This document shows, piece after piece, positions 9,133 to 16,921 of a stretch of 25,080 bases of DNA; within the stretch, counting starts at the first letter, position 1; the number at the start of each line of letters is the position of its first letter. A program made the translations under genes and the position numbers. The notes under the pieces were generated by a model. That model saw only the letters and a list, made by a program, of their open reading frames with translations, ran no database searches and was not told the DNA's origin. Source of the stretch: Pseudomonadota bacterium (GTDB lineage: Bacteria; Bdellovibrionota; FAC87; UBA2466); assembly GCA_043767805.1 (NCBI GenBank), contig JAYUGC010000148.1, positions 1-25,080 of the forward strand. Direction: 5' to 3'.

Positions 9133-11136
9133 TCAAGCAAAAGCCGAAGGCACGAATTGCGGATGCTGCAGGATGCGCGCCTCAAAAGACGCGCGCGCCG
9201 TTTCGGCGAGGCCTTCCGGGAATTTCGCCTGGCTGCGTCCCCAGCGATCTAGCCATTCTCCGCCGAGTAGCGCCGTGCTGACGGGCTTTGCGTAAGCCGC
9301 CGTCGTCTCCGCCTTGGGGCCCGTGCCCACGCCTGGCGCCACGAAAAAGCCCGCGGAAAGAAGCGCGGCTCTCACCGCTGTCGATGCGGAGTAAGTAAAA
9401 AGCTCGGCTTGGCGGCCCATACAAGCGCGGTGGACTTTCGCGAACGTCTCCGGAGTCCAAAGCCCCGAATCGGTTTTCGCCGAGAATGGATCGTAGAAAA
9501 TAAAATCAGGAGGAGGCGCGCTTTCCAAGTAATCGAGGAAGTTTCCTTTTAAGAGCTCCCATTTTAGGAGACCGCCCGCGGCTTCCCACTTGCCTTGGCC
9601 CACGAGGCCATGAGGGGCGCCGTGACAGAGGTGAGGGAATTTCGTCGGGTGCTTGAGCGCGAGCTTCAGCGGATCGAGATCGCACTCGAAGCTCACGATT
9701 TTGAGAGGACGAATCAAGGGATTTTCTTTATATGCCGCTTCGAAGCAGCGAATGGTCGCCATGGCGTTCGTTGCGGCGCCGAGACCCACGTCCCAGATGA
9801 CGAGCGGGTCGCCGCTCTGTTTGAGCCGTTCGGAAAGCTTGGCCTGCTCGACGTAAAGGCGGTTCGCCTCTTCGGTCGGCTCGCTCACCGAGTGCATCAC
9901 TTCGCCCGAGCTCACTTGGCGGATGCTCGAAAAACCTCTGCCTGAGTCATGCACTTCGTAATCGCCGCGCTTTAAAGGTGGCTGTTTTTTCACGCGCGGC
10001 ACGGTGGCGCTGCTCCAGTTGTCGGTGCGAGAGAGCGCTTCCCGGCGGCCTTTGTAATACTCGGCAAAAGTTCCCGCAAGAATGTTCGCGCGGATTTCTC
10101 GCATCATGCGGTGAAAGAAAGTGAGGTTATGGAAAGAGAGCAGATGCCAGCCGAGCACTTCTCCCGTCTTATAGAGATGATGCAAATAGGCGCGCGAGTA
10201 CCGCGTGCAAGTCGTGCAGCCGCAATCCTCGTCCAGACTCTCCTCGGAAAACTTGTACTTCTCGCGCCGAAGCTGCAGGCGGCCTTCTTTAGTATAGGCG
10301 GTACCGCGCTGGGCGACTTGCGAGGGAAGGATGCAATCAAACATGTCGACGCCCCGGTGCACCGCTTCGAGAATGTCGATGGGAGTTCCCACCCCCATCA
10401 AATAGCGCGGCAAATCCCGGGGGAGGAGCGCCGCCGTCATTTCGCAGAAATCCTCGCGCTCCTGCTTAGTTTCGCCCACCGCGAGCCCTCCGATGGCGAA
10501 GCCGTCGAAAGGAAGCTGCGTCAGAAATTCCGCGCTCTGTTTTCTCAAATCGGGAAAGCACGCGCCTTGCACGATGGCGAACATCGACTGCGGCGAATCT
10601 CCCCGAGCCGCGAGACTTCGCTTCGCCCAGCGGTGGGTGACGCCGAGTGCCGCCAAGGCTTCTTCACGCCCCGCCGTGGAGGCAATGCATTGGTCGAGCA
10701 CCATCATGATGTCGCTGCCAATGGCCTTCTGCATCCCGATGCTGATCTCCGGCGAGAGCAGATGCATTTTGCCGTCGACGTAACTTTGAAAGCGCGCCCC
10801 TTCCTCGTTCATTTCGCGGGAATGAGGGAGCGAGAAAATCTGAAAGCCACCCGAGTCGGTCAATATGGGCCCGTCCCAGTTCATGAAGCGGTGGATGCCG
10901 CCGAACTGGCGGAACACTTCGGGACCGGGCCTGAGAAGCAGGTGATAGGTATTGGCGAGCAGCACCCGCGATCCCGCTTCCTTCAGGGAATCGATGGTCT
11001 GGCTTTTCACTGTTGCCTGGGTGCCGACCGGCATGAAGATGGGCGTTTGCACCTCACCATGGAGCGTCTTAAAGGTGGCGGCGCGGGCGCGGGAACCCTC
11101 GGCTTCCTTTGCTACGGTAAATCCCAGTCTCGGCAT
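9133..11136 (-). CDS. tgt: tRNA-guanine(34) transglycosylase fused to a C-terminal MnmD/MnmC2-type SAM-dependent methyltransferase
   Basis: N-terminal ~370 aa: TPIFMPVGT, NTYHL, DSGGFQ, LDQC, IVQG, GGLAVGE, YLMGVG, DMFDC, Zn site CGCTTC...HNL. C-terminal ~280 aa: DVGLGAATN, IVSFE, FYDPFS...LWT, TYSASTAVRAALLSAGF, GPKAET, matching the MnmC MTase motif order. Single uninterrupted ORF (9133..11172); ATG 11136 is the likelier start. Confidence 0.93.
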   Translation of the reverse strand: MPRLGFTVAKEAEGSRARAATFKTLHGEVQTPIFMPVGTQATVKSQTIDSLKEAGSRVLLANTYHLLLRPGPEVFRQFGGIHRFMNWDGPILTDSGGFQIFSLPHSREMNEEGARFQSYVDGKMHLLSPEISIGMQKAIGSDIMMVLDQCIASTAGREEALAALGVTHRWAKRSLAARGDSPQSMFAIVQGACFPDLRKQSAEFLTQLPFDGFAIGGLAVGETKQEREDFCEMTAALLPRDLPRYLMGVGTPIDILEAVHRGVDMFDCILPSQVAQRGTAYTKEGRLQLRREKYKFSEESLDEDCGCTTCTRYSRAYLHHLYKTGEVLGWHLLSFHNLTFFHRMMREIRANILAGTFAEYYKGRREALSRTDNWSSATVPRVKKQPPLKRGDYEVHDSGRGFSSIRQVSSGEVMHSVSEPTEEANRLYVEQAKLSERLKQSGDPLVIWDVGLGAATNAMATIRCFEAAYKENPLIRPLKIVSFECDLDPLKLALKHPTKFPHLCHGAPHGLVGQGKWEAAGGLLKWELLKGNFLDYLESAPPPDFIFYDPFSAKTDSGLWTPETFAKVHRACMGRQAELFTYSASTAVRAALLSAGFFVAPGVGTGPKAETTAAYAKPVSTALLGGEWLDRWGRSQAKFPEGLAETARASFEARILQHPQFVPSAFA

Positions 11137-11256
11137 CGGAAGTGCATAGCATAACGGCCGAACGGAAGCCATTTGAGCGCCGAGGCAGTTGTGGGTTTTG
11201 AGCCCCGCCTAGGCTATAGCTAGGAAATAATTCGCTTACTTGACGAGGAAATCCCG

Positions 11257-12336
11257 ATGAAAGCCGCCGTGGACCCCCACAAATACCACATCAGTTTATA
11301 TCTCTTTTTAGGCGCCCTTGCCTTGGCGGTGGGACTCAACATCGCCCTCATCGTTCCCTATATTCTGGCGCTTTTAATAGGCGTGATGCTCACAGTCCTG
11401 TCTCGGCCACTCTACCGCTATCTAAGGAAAAAGAAGTGGGGACCGAAATTAGCCGGAACTCTGGTGGTGGCTGCCATCCTGTTTCTCCTTATCGTTCCTG
11501 TCGGCGGATTTCTCGCGGTGGCGGTTAAGCAAGCCATCGCCTTCGGCCAGCAGCTCTCGGAGAAAGACGGGGGCTTTTCGATCAAATCGATCGCGGAAAA
11601 GATTAGTGAGATCGGTCCCGTTGGCGAGTTCATCGGCGGCCCCGAAAAGCTCGAGGCGAAGTTTCGCTCGAGCCTTCAAAACTCCGGCAAATTCCTGAGC
11701 GGTGCCGTGCTGGTGGGAGCCAAAAGGTTTCCGGACCTCGTGCTTCAGCTTTTCATCTCCCTCATTACGGTCTTTTTCCTGCTGCAAGACGGAGGCGCCT
11801 TCACCAAATGGCTAAGCGATAAGCTGCCGCTCGACAACGACGTGCAAAAGGAAGTCTCAAAAGCCTTTAAGGACACTTCCGTTTCGGTCGTCTGGTCGAC
11901 TCTCGCCGCGGCGGCGGTACAAGCCATTTTGATGTTCGCGGCCTTTCTTCTGCTTGGAGTGCCGGGGGCATTTCTCGCTGCGGGCGCGACGTTCATTTTC
12001 GCCTGGATCCCAATTCTGGGCAGCACGCCGGTCTGGGTGCTGGGAATCATTTATCTAGTCAGCCAGTCGAACCTTTGGGGAGCCGGCGGTATGTTGGTGG
12101 CGGGCATCATTACAGGCGTCTCGGACAACTTCGTGCGGCCGCTCATCCTGAAGGGCCGAGGCGACATGCATCCGCTGGTCAGCCTCGTCGTCATCTTCGG
12201 CGGCATCGAGCTCTTTGGCATCTTCGGCGTCTTTATCGGGCCGGTTCTCGCCGGTATTATGATCGCCCTTTTCCAGATCTGGCCCGTCATCGGCCGGCGG
12301 TTCGAGGTGCTTCCGCCCCATCGGGCCAAAGCTTGA
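11257..12336 (+). CDS. AI-2E family (PerM/UPF0118) transporter
   Basis: 359 aa, multi-TM; motifs FFLLQDG, IPILGS, DNFVRPLI, MHPLVSLVVIFGGIELFGIFGVFIGPV. SD GAGGA upstream. Confidence 0.93.
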   Translation: MKAAVDPHKYHISLYLFLGALALAVGLNIALIVPYILALLIGVMLTVLSRPLYRYLRKKKWGPKLAGTLVVAAILFLLIVPVGGFLAVAVKQAIAFGQQLSEKDGGFSIKSIAEKISEIGPVGEFIGGPEKLEAKFRSSLQNSGKFLSGAVLVGAKRFPDLVLQLFISLITVFFLLQDGGAFTKWLSDKLPLDNDVQKEVSKAFKDTSVSVVWSTLAAAAVQAILMFAAFLLLGVPGAFLAAGATFIFAWIPILGSTPVWVLGIIYLVSQSNLWGAGGMLVAGIITGVSDNFVRPLILKGRGDMHPLVSLVVIFGGIELFGIFGVFIGPVLAGIMIALFQIWPVIGRRFEVLPPHRAKA

Positions 12337-12360
12337 AATGACCTGCCTCTGTGGTAAATC
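12333..12360 (+). promoter_or_regulatory. Putative sigma70 promoter with extended -10 for DUF1993 and the MTase
   Basis: TTGAAA-N16-TAAATC with TGTG immediately upstream of the -10; AGGAG SD precedes ATG 12388. Confidence 0.45.
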
Positions 12361-12387
12361 AAGAGCTCGCTTTCTCAAGGAGATTTT

Positions 12388-12894
12388 ATGACCTACGAAT
12401 TCGTGCCGCAATTTGCCAAGATGCTAACGAACCTTTCCGCCCTTTTGGATAAGGCGCAGCAGTACGCGGACGCCAAAAAATGTGACGTGGGCAATCTGCT
12501 CACCCACCGACTCGCGCCCGATCAGTTTCATTTCACCCGCCAGGTGCAAATCACCTGCGACTCCGCGAAAGCTTACGTGGCGAAGCTCACCGACAAAGAA
12601 GCGCCCAAGCACGAGGACAACGAGACTACGGTGGCCGAACTCAAAGAACGGATTCAAAAGACCATCGCGTTCTTGAACACCATCAAGGCCGAGGATTTCA
12701 AGGGCTGGGAGACCAAAAAGGTCACCAATCCGCGCCGCGAAGGCAAATACCTTCCGAGCAACGAGTACGCCATGGAACAGGCGATTCCCAATTTCTATTT
12801 TCACATGGCCACCGCCTACTCCATCCTGCGTGCGAGCGGCATCGACGTGGGTAAGAAGGATTTCCTGGGCGAGCTGAAGTGGCGTCCCCTCTGA
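12388..12894 (+). CDS. DUF1993 family protein (DinB/YfiT-like fold)
   Basis: Motifs RLAPDQF-x-F-x-x-QVQ-x-x-CD, DNETT-x-x-EL-x-x-RI-x-KT, PNFYFH-x-x-TAY-x-ILR, GKKDFLG; strong SD. Confidence 0.93.
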   Translation: MTYEFVPQFAKMLTNLSALLDKAQQYADAKKCDVGNLLTHRLAPDQFHFTRQVQITCDSAKAYVAKLTDKEAPKHEDNETTVAELKERIQKTIAFLNTIKAEDFKGWETKKVTNPRREGKYLPSNEYAMEQAIPNFYFHMATAYSILRASGIDVGKKDFLGELKWRPL

Positions 12895-14057
12895 TCTACG
12901 ACCCCTGGTTCAAAGTCAGCCTGCCGCTCATCGCGGCGGGAGCGAACTTGAAGCTACACGTGCCCCATGACGTGTTCTCCACCCAGCGCATCGACGAGGG
13001 CACGCTGCTGCTTCTCGATCACCTGCCTCCTCACGCGCCGAGTTCCGTTTTGGACATGGGCTGTGGCTATGGGGCCCTAGGCCTTCCGGTCGCGGCTCAT
13101 TATCCCGAGGCCGTCATCGAAATGGTCGACAGAGACCTACTCGCGGTGCATTGGTCCCGGCTAAATGCCGAAGCGAACGGTCTCGCCAACGTTGAGGCGT
13201 ACGGGAGTCTCGGCTTTCGAGACATCCCGCCGAAGACGTTCGACTGGATTCTCTGCAACGTTCCGGCGCGCATCGGCCGTCCGTTCATGGAAACTTTACT
13301 AAGCGAGAGCCAGAATCGGCTCCACGCCGGAGGTGAGCTTCGTATCGTCGTCATCAACGATCTGAATCCGGTGCTCGATGAGATAAAGAAGGCGAATCAC
13401 TGGGGCCTGGTCGAGATTGCCCGAGGCCCGCGCCATACCGTTTTTGCCTTGCGGGCCTCCGACAAAAAGCCCGACCTCGCCACGCCCGATCTTTATTTCC
13501 GCGACCGGGTCGACATCGCGGGCCTCACCCTCGATAGACCCTTCGATTTGGGTGGAGACGATCCGAAACGGCTCGCCAAGGGACTTCCGGTTTTGATAGA
13601 CGTCCTGCCACGCCAAACCCCGAAGGGTTCCGTATTTTGCTTTCGCAGCGGCTATGGCGTCTTGCCGCTCCTCGCCCGCACCCGCTGGCCAGAGAATGAG
13701 ATCGTCGCCGTCGACCGCGATCTTCTCGCCACGACTTTTACGAAGAGAAATGCGCAAGCTCTCGGCCTCGCGGGACCGTTACTCACGGTGAAAGAGAGCG
13801 CCCACTTTCCGGAGCTCCTCGCGGGCGAAGCTCGTTATGGGCTCATCGTGGGAGAACTTTCTCCTTCTGCGGGAGAGAAAGTGGCGGCCGCGGAATTAGA
13901 AGCCATCGCGGGCTCGCTGGCGCCAGGCGGAAAAGCACTGCTCCTCGGTCTCGAGAAATTAGAGCGCGATTGGGTCCGTCCCTTCGCGGCAAAGAAGCGT
14001 CTCACCATTATCCCCCTCATCACCCGAGACGGCCACACCGTCTTGAGCCTTACGTAG
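12879..14057 (+). CDS. Tandem-domain class I SAM methyltransferase, RsmC/MTS-like
   Basis: VFS-x-x-x-IDEGT-x-LLL, VLDMGCGYG, VDRD, FDWILCNVP in the N-half; degenerate second copy (RSGYG, VDRDLLA) in the C-half. GTG start overlaps the end of DUF1993 by 16 nt. Confidence 0.85.
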   Translation: MASPLIYDPWFKVSLPLIAAGANLKLHVPHDVFSTQRIDEGTLLLLDHLPPHAPSSVLDMGCGYGALGLPVAAHYPEAVIEMVDRDLLAVHWSRLNAEANGLANVEAYGSLGFRDIPPKTFDWILCNVPARIGRPFMETLLSESQNRLHAGGELRIVVINDLNPVLDEIKKANHWGLVEIARGPRHTVFALRASDKKPDLATPDLYFRDRVDIAGLTLDRPFDLGGDDPKRLAKGLPVLIDVLPRQTPKGSVFCFRSGYGVLPLLARTRWPENEIVAVDRDLLATTFTKRNAQALGLAGPLLTVKESAHFPELLAGEARYGLIVGELSPSAGEKVAAAELEAIAGSLAPGGKALLLGLEKLERDWVRPFAAKKRLTIIPLITRDGHTVLSLT

Positions 14058-14060
14058 CCT

Positions 14061-15068
14061 CTAGACTTCGCAGACGACGATTTTGAGCGGGGGTTTTCCG
14101 TCGAAGGAGGGGAAATCGCTCTCAGGCTCGAGCGGCGTCACGGTTCTGAGCGGACGGCCGGCTTTGCGCGCGCATCGTTTGAGCGAATCGATCCAGGCGT
14201 CTCTATCGACGGAAGCGAGGTGGTTCGTCGCGACGATGCGGCCTCCCCCCGGACGAGCGATGAGGACCGCCGGCTTAAATAGACTCTGGTAATCGTTCTC
14301 GATGTCCACGGCTCCAAAAGCCCCTTTGGACCAAGCGGGCGGATCCAGGAAAACCAAGTCAAAATTTCTGGCGTCGAGTTTCGTCGTTTCGCGGGCCTTA
14401 TTGCGACGTCCACCGGCGGGAAGCCCGGCCAACTGACGAAGCGCGGGAAAACAATCTTCTCTTAGCGAGCGGATCCGTTCGGGAGCGACGCCATTCAAAA
14501 CCGCATTGCGATCGCCAACTTCGAGGCTCGAAGCGGCGAAGTCGATATTGCAAATCTCCGTGGCGCCGGCAACGGCGGCGGCAATGCCAGCGCTGCACGT
14601 ATAGGCAAAGAGGTTCAGCACCGATCCGGTCCGCACGGTGTCTTTCAAATAGCGGCGGCCCACCCGGAGATCGAGAAATAGCCAGGGGTCGATACCCTGA
14701 TGGCGCGCTCGGATCAGATACTTCACGCCGAGCTCATGACCGATCTTTTCTTCGAGCGCTTTAGGGGAAGGCTCATGCCAAGTCTCGAAAGTTTCCCCTC
14801 GAGATTTACCCCGGTGGTTATAAGCGAGCTCCAGGGGCAGAGAGAGCGACGCGCGCAGAGCAGCCTCGAGCTCTTTTTGCTCGGCTTCCATCAAAGGCTC
14901 CCGAAACGTTTGGACGAGAACGAGACTGCCGTACCGATCGATGGTGAGACCCGCTCTGCCTTCGGAAACCCCGTGAAAAAGGCGGAAACAATCCGTCTTT
15001 TCGTCCCGGAGACGATTGATGAGACCCGAGCGCGCGGCCAGGGCTTTTTCCAAAAGCGGCAAAAACAT
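14061..15068 (-). CDS. RlmI/RlmK-family SAM-dependent (rRNA) methyltransferase, lacking the N-terminal PUA domain
   Basis: Motifs FRLFHG-x-x-EG-x-x-GLTIDRYG, LFLDLR, VLNLFAYT, NIDFA, FDLVFLDPP. Confidence 0.88.
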   Translation of the reverse strand: MFLPLLEKALAARSGLINRLRDEKTDCFRLFHGVSEGRAGLTIDRYGSLVLVQTFREPLMEAEQKELEAALRASLSLPLELAYNHRGKSRGETFETWHEPSPKALEEKIGHELGVKYLIRARHQGIDPWLFLDLRVGRRYLKDTVRTGSVLNLFAYTCSAGIAAAVAGATEICNIDFAASSLEVGDRNAVLNGVAPERIRSLREDCFPALRQLAGLPAGGRRNKARETTKLDARNFDLVFLDPPAWSKGAFGAVDIENDYQSLFKPAVLIARPGGGRIVATNHLASVDRDAWIDSLKRCARKAGRPLRTVTPLEPESDFPSFDGKPPLKIVVCEV

Positions 15069-15190
15069 GGAAGCCCGTACTTATCACACTGTCTCCGAAT
15101 AGATACAGGGGGAAACAGCGGTGTCAGCCTCTGCCATCGATGGCGCACCGTTTGCATTCTTGCCTCGTAGACTTTTTACAGCCCGGAAGG

Positions 15191-16921
15191 ATGATGAAGC
15201 GGAGTATTTTCATAGCGGCAATGCTGGGGCTCGTTTCCTGTTCAGGCGAACCCAAAACCTCTCCCTTGTGCCCTCATTTTGAGATGGTTAAAGGCGAAGT
15301 CGACGACTTCACGGACGTCGAAAAGGCCATGGTCTGCGGAAAAGCGGACAACCCCGGCTGGAACAACATTCCCGATAACCAAGCCACCTTTCACCTCAAG
15401 TCGTTTTTAGAAGCGCGGGGTTACTTCAACCCGAAATTCGAGTCGAAAAACGGAAAGGTCTTCATCGACGTGGGTCATCGTACCAAGGCGACCTCTCTTA
15501 AGGTGGAGGGCGCTCCCAAGGAAATCCGGCCCGAACGGCTGAGGGGCTTTAAAGGCAATGTGCTGAACCCGGCTCTGCTGAACGGCGAAAAATCCCAGGT
15601 CAGGCAGCTTCTCGAGTCCGAAGGATACGCCTGCCCCACCGTCGAAATGCAGGCGAGCTCCGAGACCGGAGCTCTGATTGCCACCGTCACTCCGGGGCCG
15701 AGAGAGCCCGTCATGAGCATCGAAACCGATCCCGTAGAGGGTCTCGATCCTCTCGTGCTCCGACGCTATGACGCTTTCCTTTTAGGCGAGCCCTACAACG
15801 CTGATTTACTTGGATTGACGACTCAAAGAACTCTCGTGGACGGCGTAGTCCAGAGCACTTATTTCACTGCCGCTTGCACTCCGGAAGGGACGATCTTACG
15901 TCAGCACGTAGTCGCCGGTCCCTCTCGCACGGTTGCTTTGGGATTGGGTGCCAATACCGAGCGCGGTCCCGTCGTGCGGGCAAGTTGGAAGAATGCTCGG
16001 CTGGGCACTTACGGTTCGAGCCTCGAAACGATAGCTTCCGGATCTTTTAAGGAACAATCGCTCAACGCGAAGTTTTCTTGGTACTACCAGAACCACGCCT
16101 CTCGCCATTATTTGCGCCCGGAATTGCTTTTGCGCCACGAGAACATCAACCCCCACGACAACCTCACGGGTAAGTTGCAGGTGGCTCCCGCCTGGAGCAA
16201 CGATAGCCAAAGCCTCGGCTGGACGTTTTTCACGGGACCCATACTGAACTTCGAGCACACCTACCGCGGAGTGGGTCCGAAACGTTTTGCGTTCTTGTCT
16301 CTCGGCGTGGACCTGAAAATAACCGATCACTATTACGAGCTCTATAAGAGCGAGCCCCAGGAAGGCTTCGAGGTAGGCCTTCAGGCCAACCTTGCGCAAA
16401 GAGGCGCCGCTTCGGCCATTACCGCGCAAAGTCTGCAGCTCACCTTCTCGAAGCTCTGGAACTTCAAGAGTTACTTGCCCCCGCTTATGGTGTTCGGCTT
16501 TAGGGCGGGATTGAAAACCACCGTGACTCAAGAAAAGGTCACGAACGCGGCCTTACCGACGAGTTATCGCTACACTTTGGGCGGCTCCAATAACATTCGC
16601 GGCTTTTCGCTCGATGAATTACCGGGCGACGACCAGGGAGCCCTTACCACTCTCTACGCGTCCGTCGAAGCTCGGGTGAACGGTTTACTTCCTTTCAAGA
16701 TTCAACCTTTTCTCTTTTTCGATGCGGGCGCTCTCGGCAAAGGTTCCGCGACCCTCTCGAGCCCCCTCTTCCTGTCCCCCGGTCTGGGACTTAGATCCCA
16801 CTCCCCCATCGGGGTCATTCGGGTGACGGGCGCGCGGGGCATGATTTCGGGGAATCGAGGCGCCTTCGCCGGTCTTTCCCCCCATTGGCAATTCTATTTC
16901 AGTTATGGGGAGGAGTTTTGA
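15191..16921 (+). CDS. tamA: Omp85 family outer-membrane protein, TamA-like, with a predicted lipoprotein signal
   Basis: ORF 15140..16921, likelier start ATG 15191. POTRA-like segments (LEARGYFNP, LESEGYA), barrel L6 motif GGSNNIRGF, SPIGVIR, C-terminal FYFSYGEEF; directly upstream of a tamB-like gene. Confidence 0.85.
   Translation: MMKRSIFIAAMLGLVSCSGEPKTSPLCPHFEMVKGEVDDFTDVEKAMVCGKADNPGWNNIPDNQATFHLKSFLEARGYFNPKFESKNGKVFIDVGHRTKATSLKVEGAPKEIRPERLRGFKGNVLNPALLNGEKSQVRQLLESEGYACPTVEMQASSETGALIATVTPGPREPVMSIETDPVEGLDPLVLRRYDAFLLGEPYNADLLGLTTQRTLVDGVVQSTYFTAACTPEGTILRQHVVAGPSRTVALGLGANTERGPVVRASWKNARLGTYGSSLETIASGSFKEQSLNAKFSWYYQNHASRHYLRPELLLRHENINPHDNLTGKLQVAPAWSNDSQSLGWTFFTGPILNFEHTYRGVGPKRFAFLSLGVDLKITDHYYELYKSEPQEGFEVGLQANLAQRGAASAITAQSLQLTFSKLWNFKSYLPPLMVFGFRAGLKTTVTQEKVTNAALPTSYRYTLGGSNNIRGFSLDELPGDDQGALTTLYASVEARVNGLLPFKIQPFLFFDAGALGKGSATLSSPLFLSPGLGLRSHSPIGVIRVTGARGMISGNRGAFAGLSPHWQFYFSYGEEF

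Noticed and set aside
8907..9295. Short ORFs 8907..9104, 8954..9136, 8979..9281 and 9065..9295
   Set aside because: No SD or motifs, atypical composition, and most overlap tgt.
9133..11136. Tgt as a DpdA-type DNA-modifying enzyme in a defence island
   Set aside because: It retains canonical bacterial tRNA Tgt motifs throughout, and no dpd or que biosynthesis genes are in the window.
10111..11154. 347-aa ORF on the + strand
   Set aside because: Antisense shadow of tgt; expected from GC-rich codon bias and has no recognisable motifs.
11137..11256. preQ1 riboswitch upstream of tgt or the transporter
   Set aside because: No short P1 stem with the conserved loop and A-rich tail on either strand by eye; a covariance-model search would be decisive.
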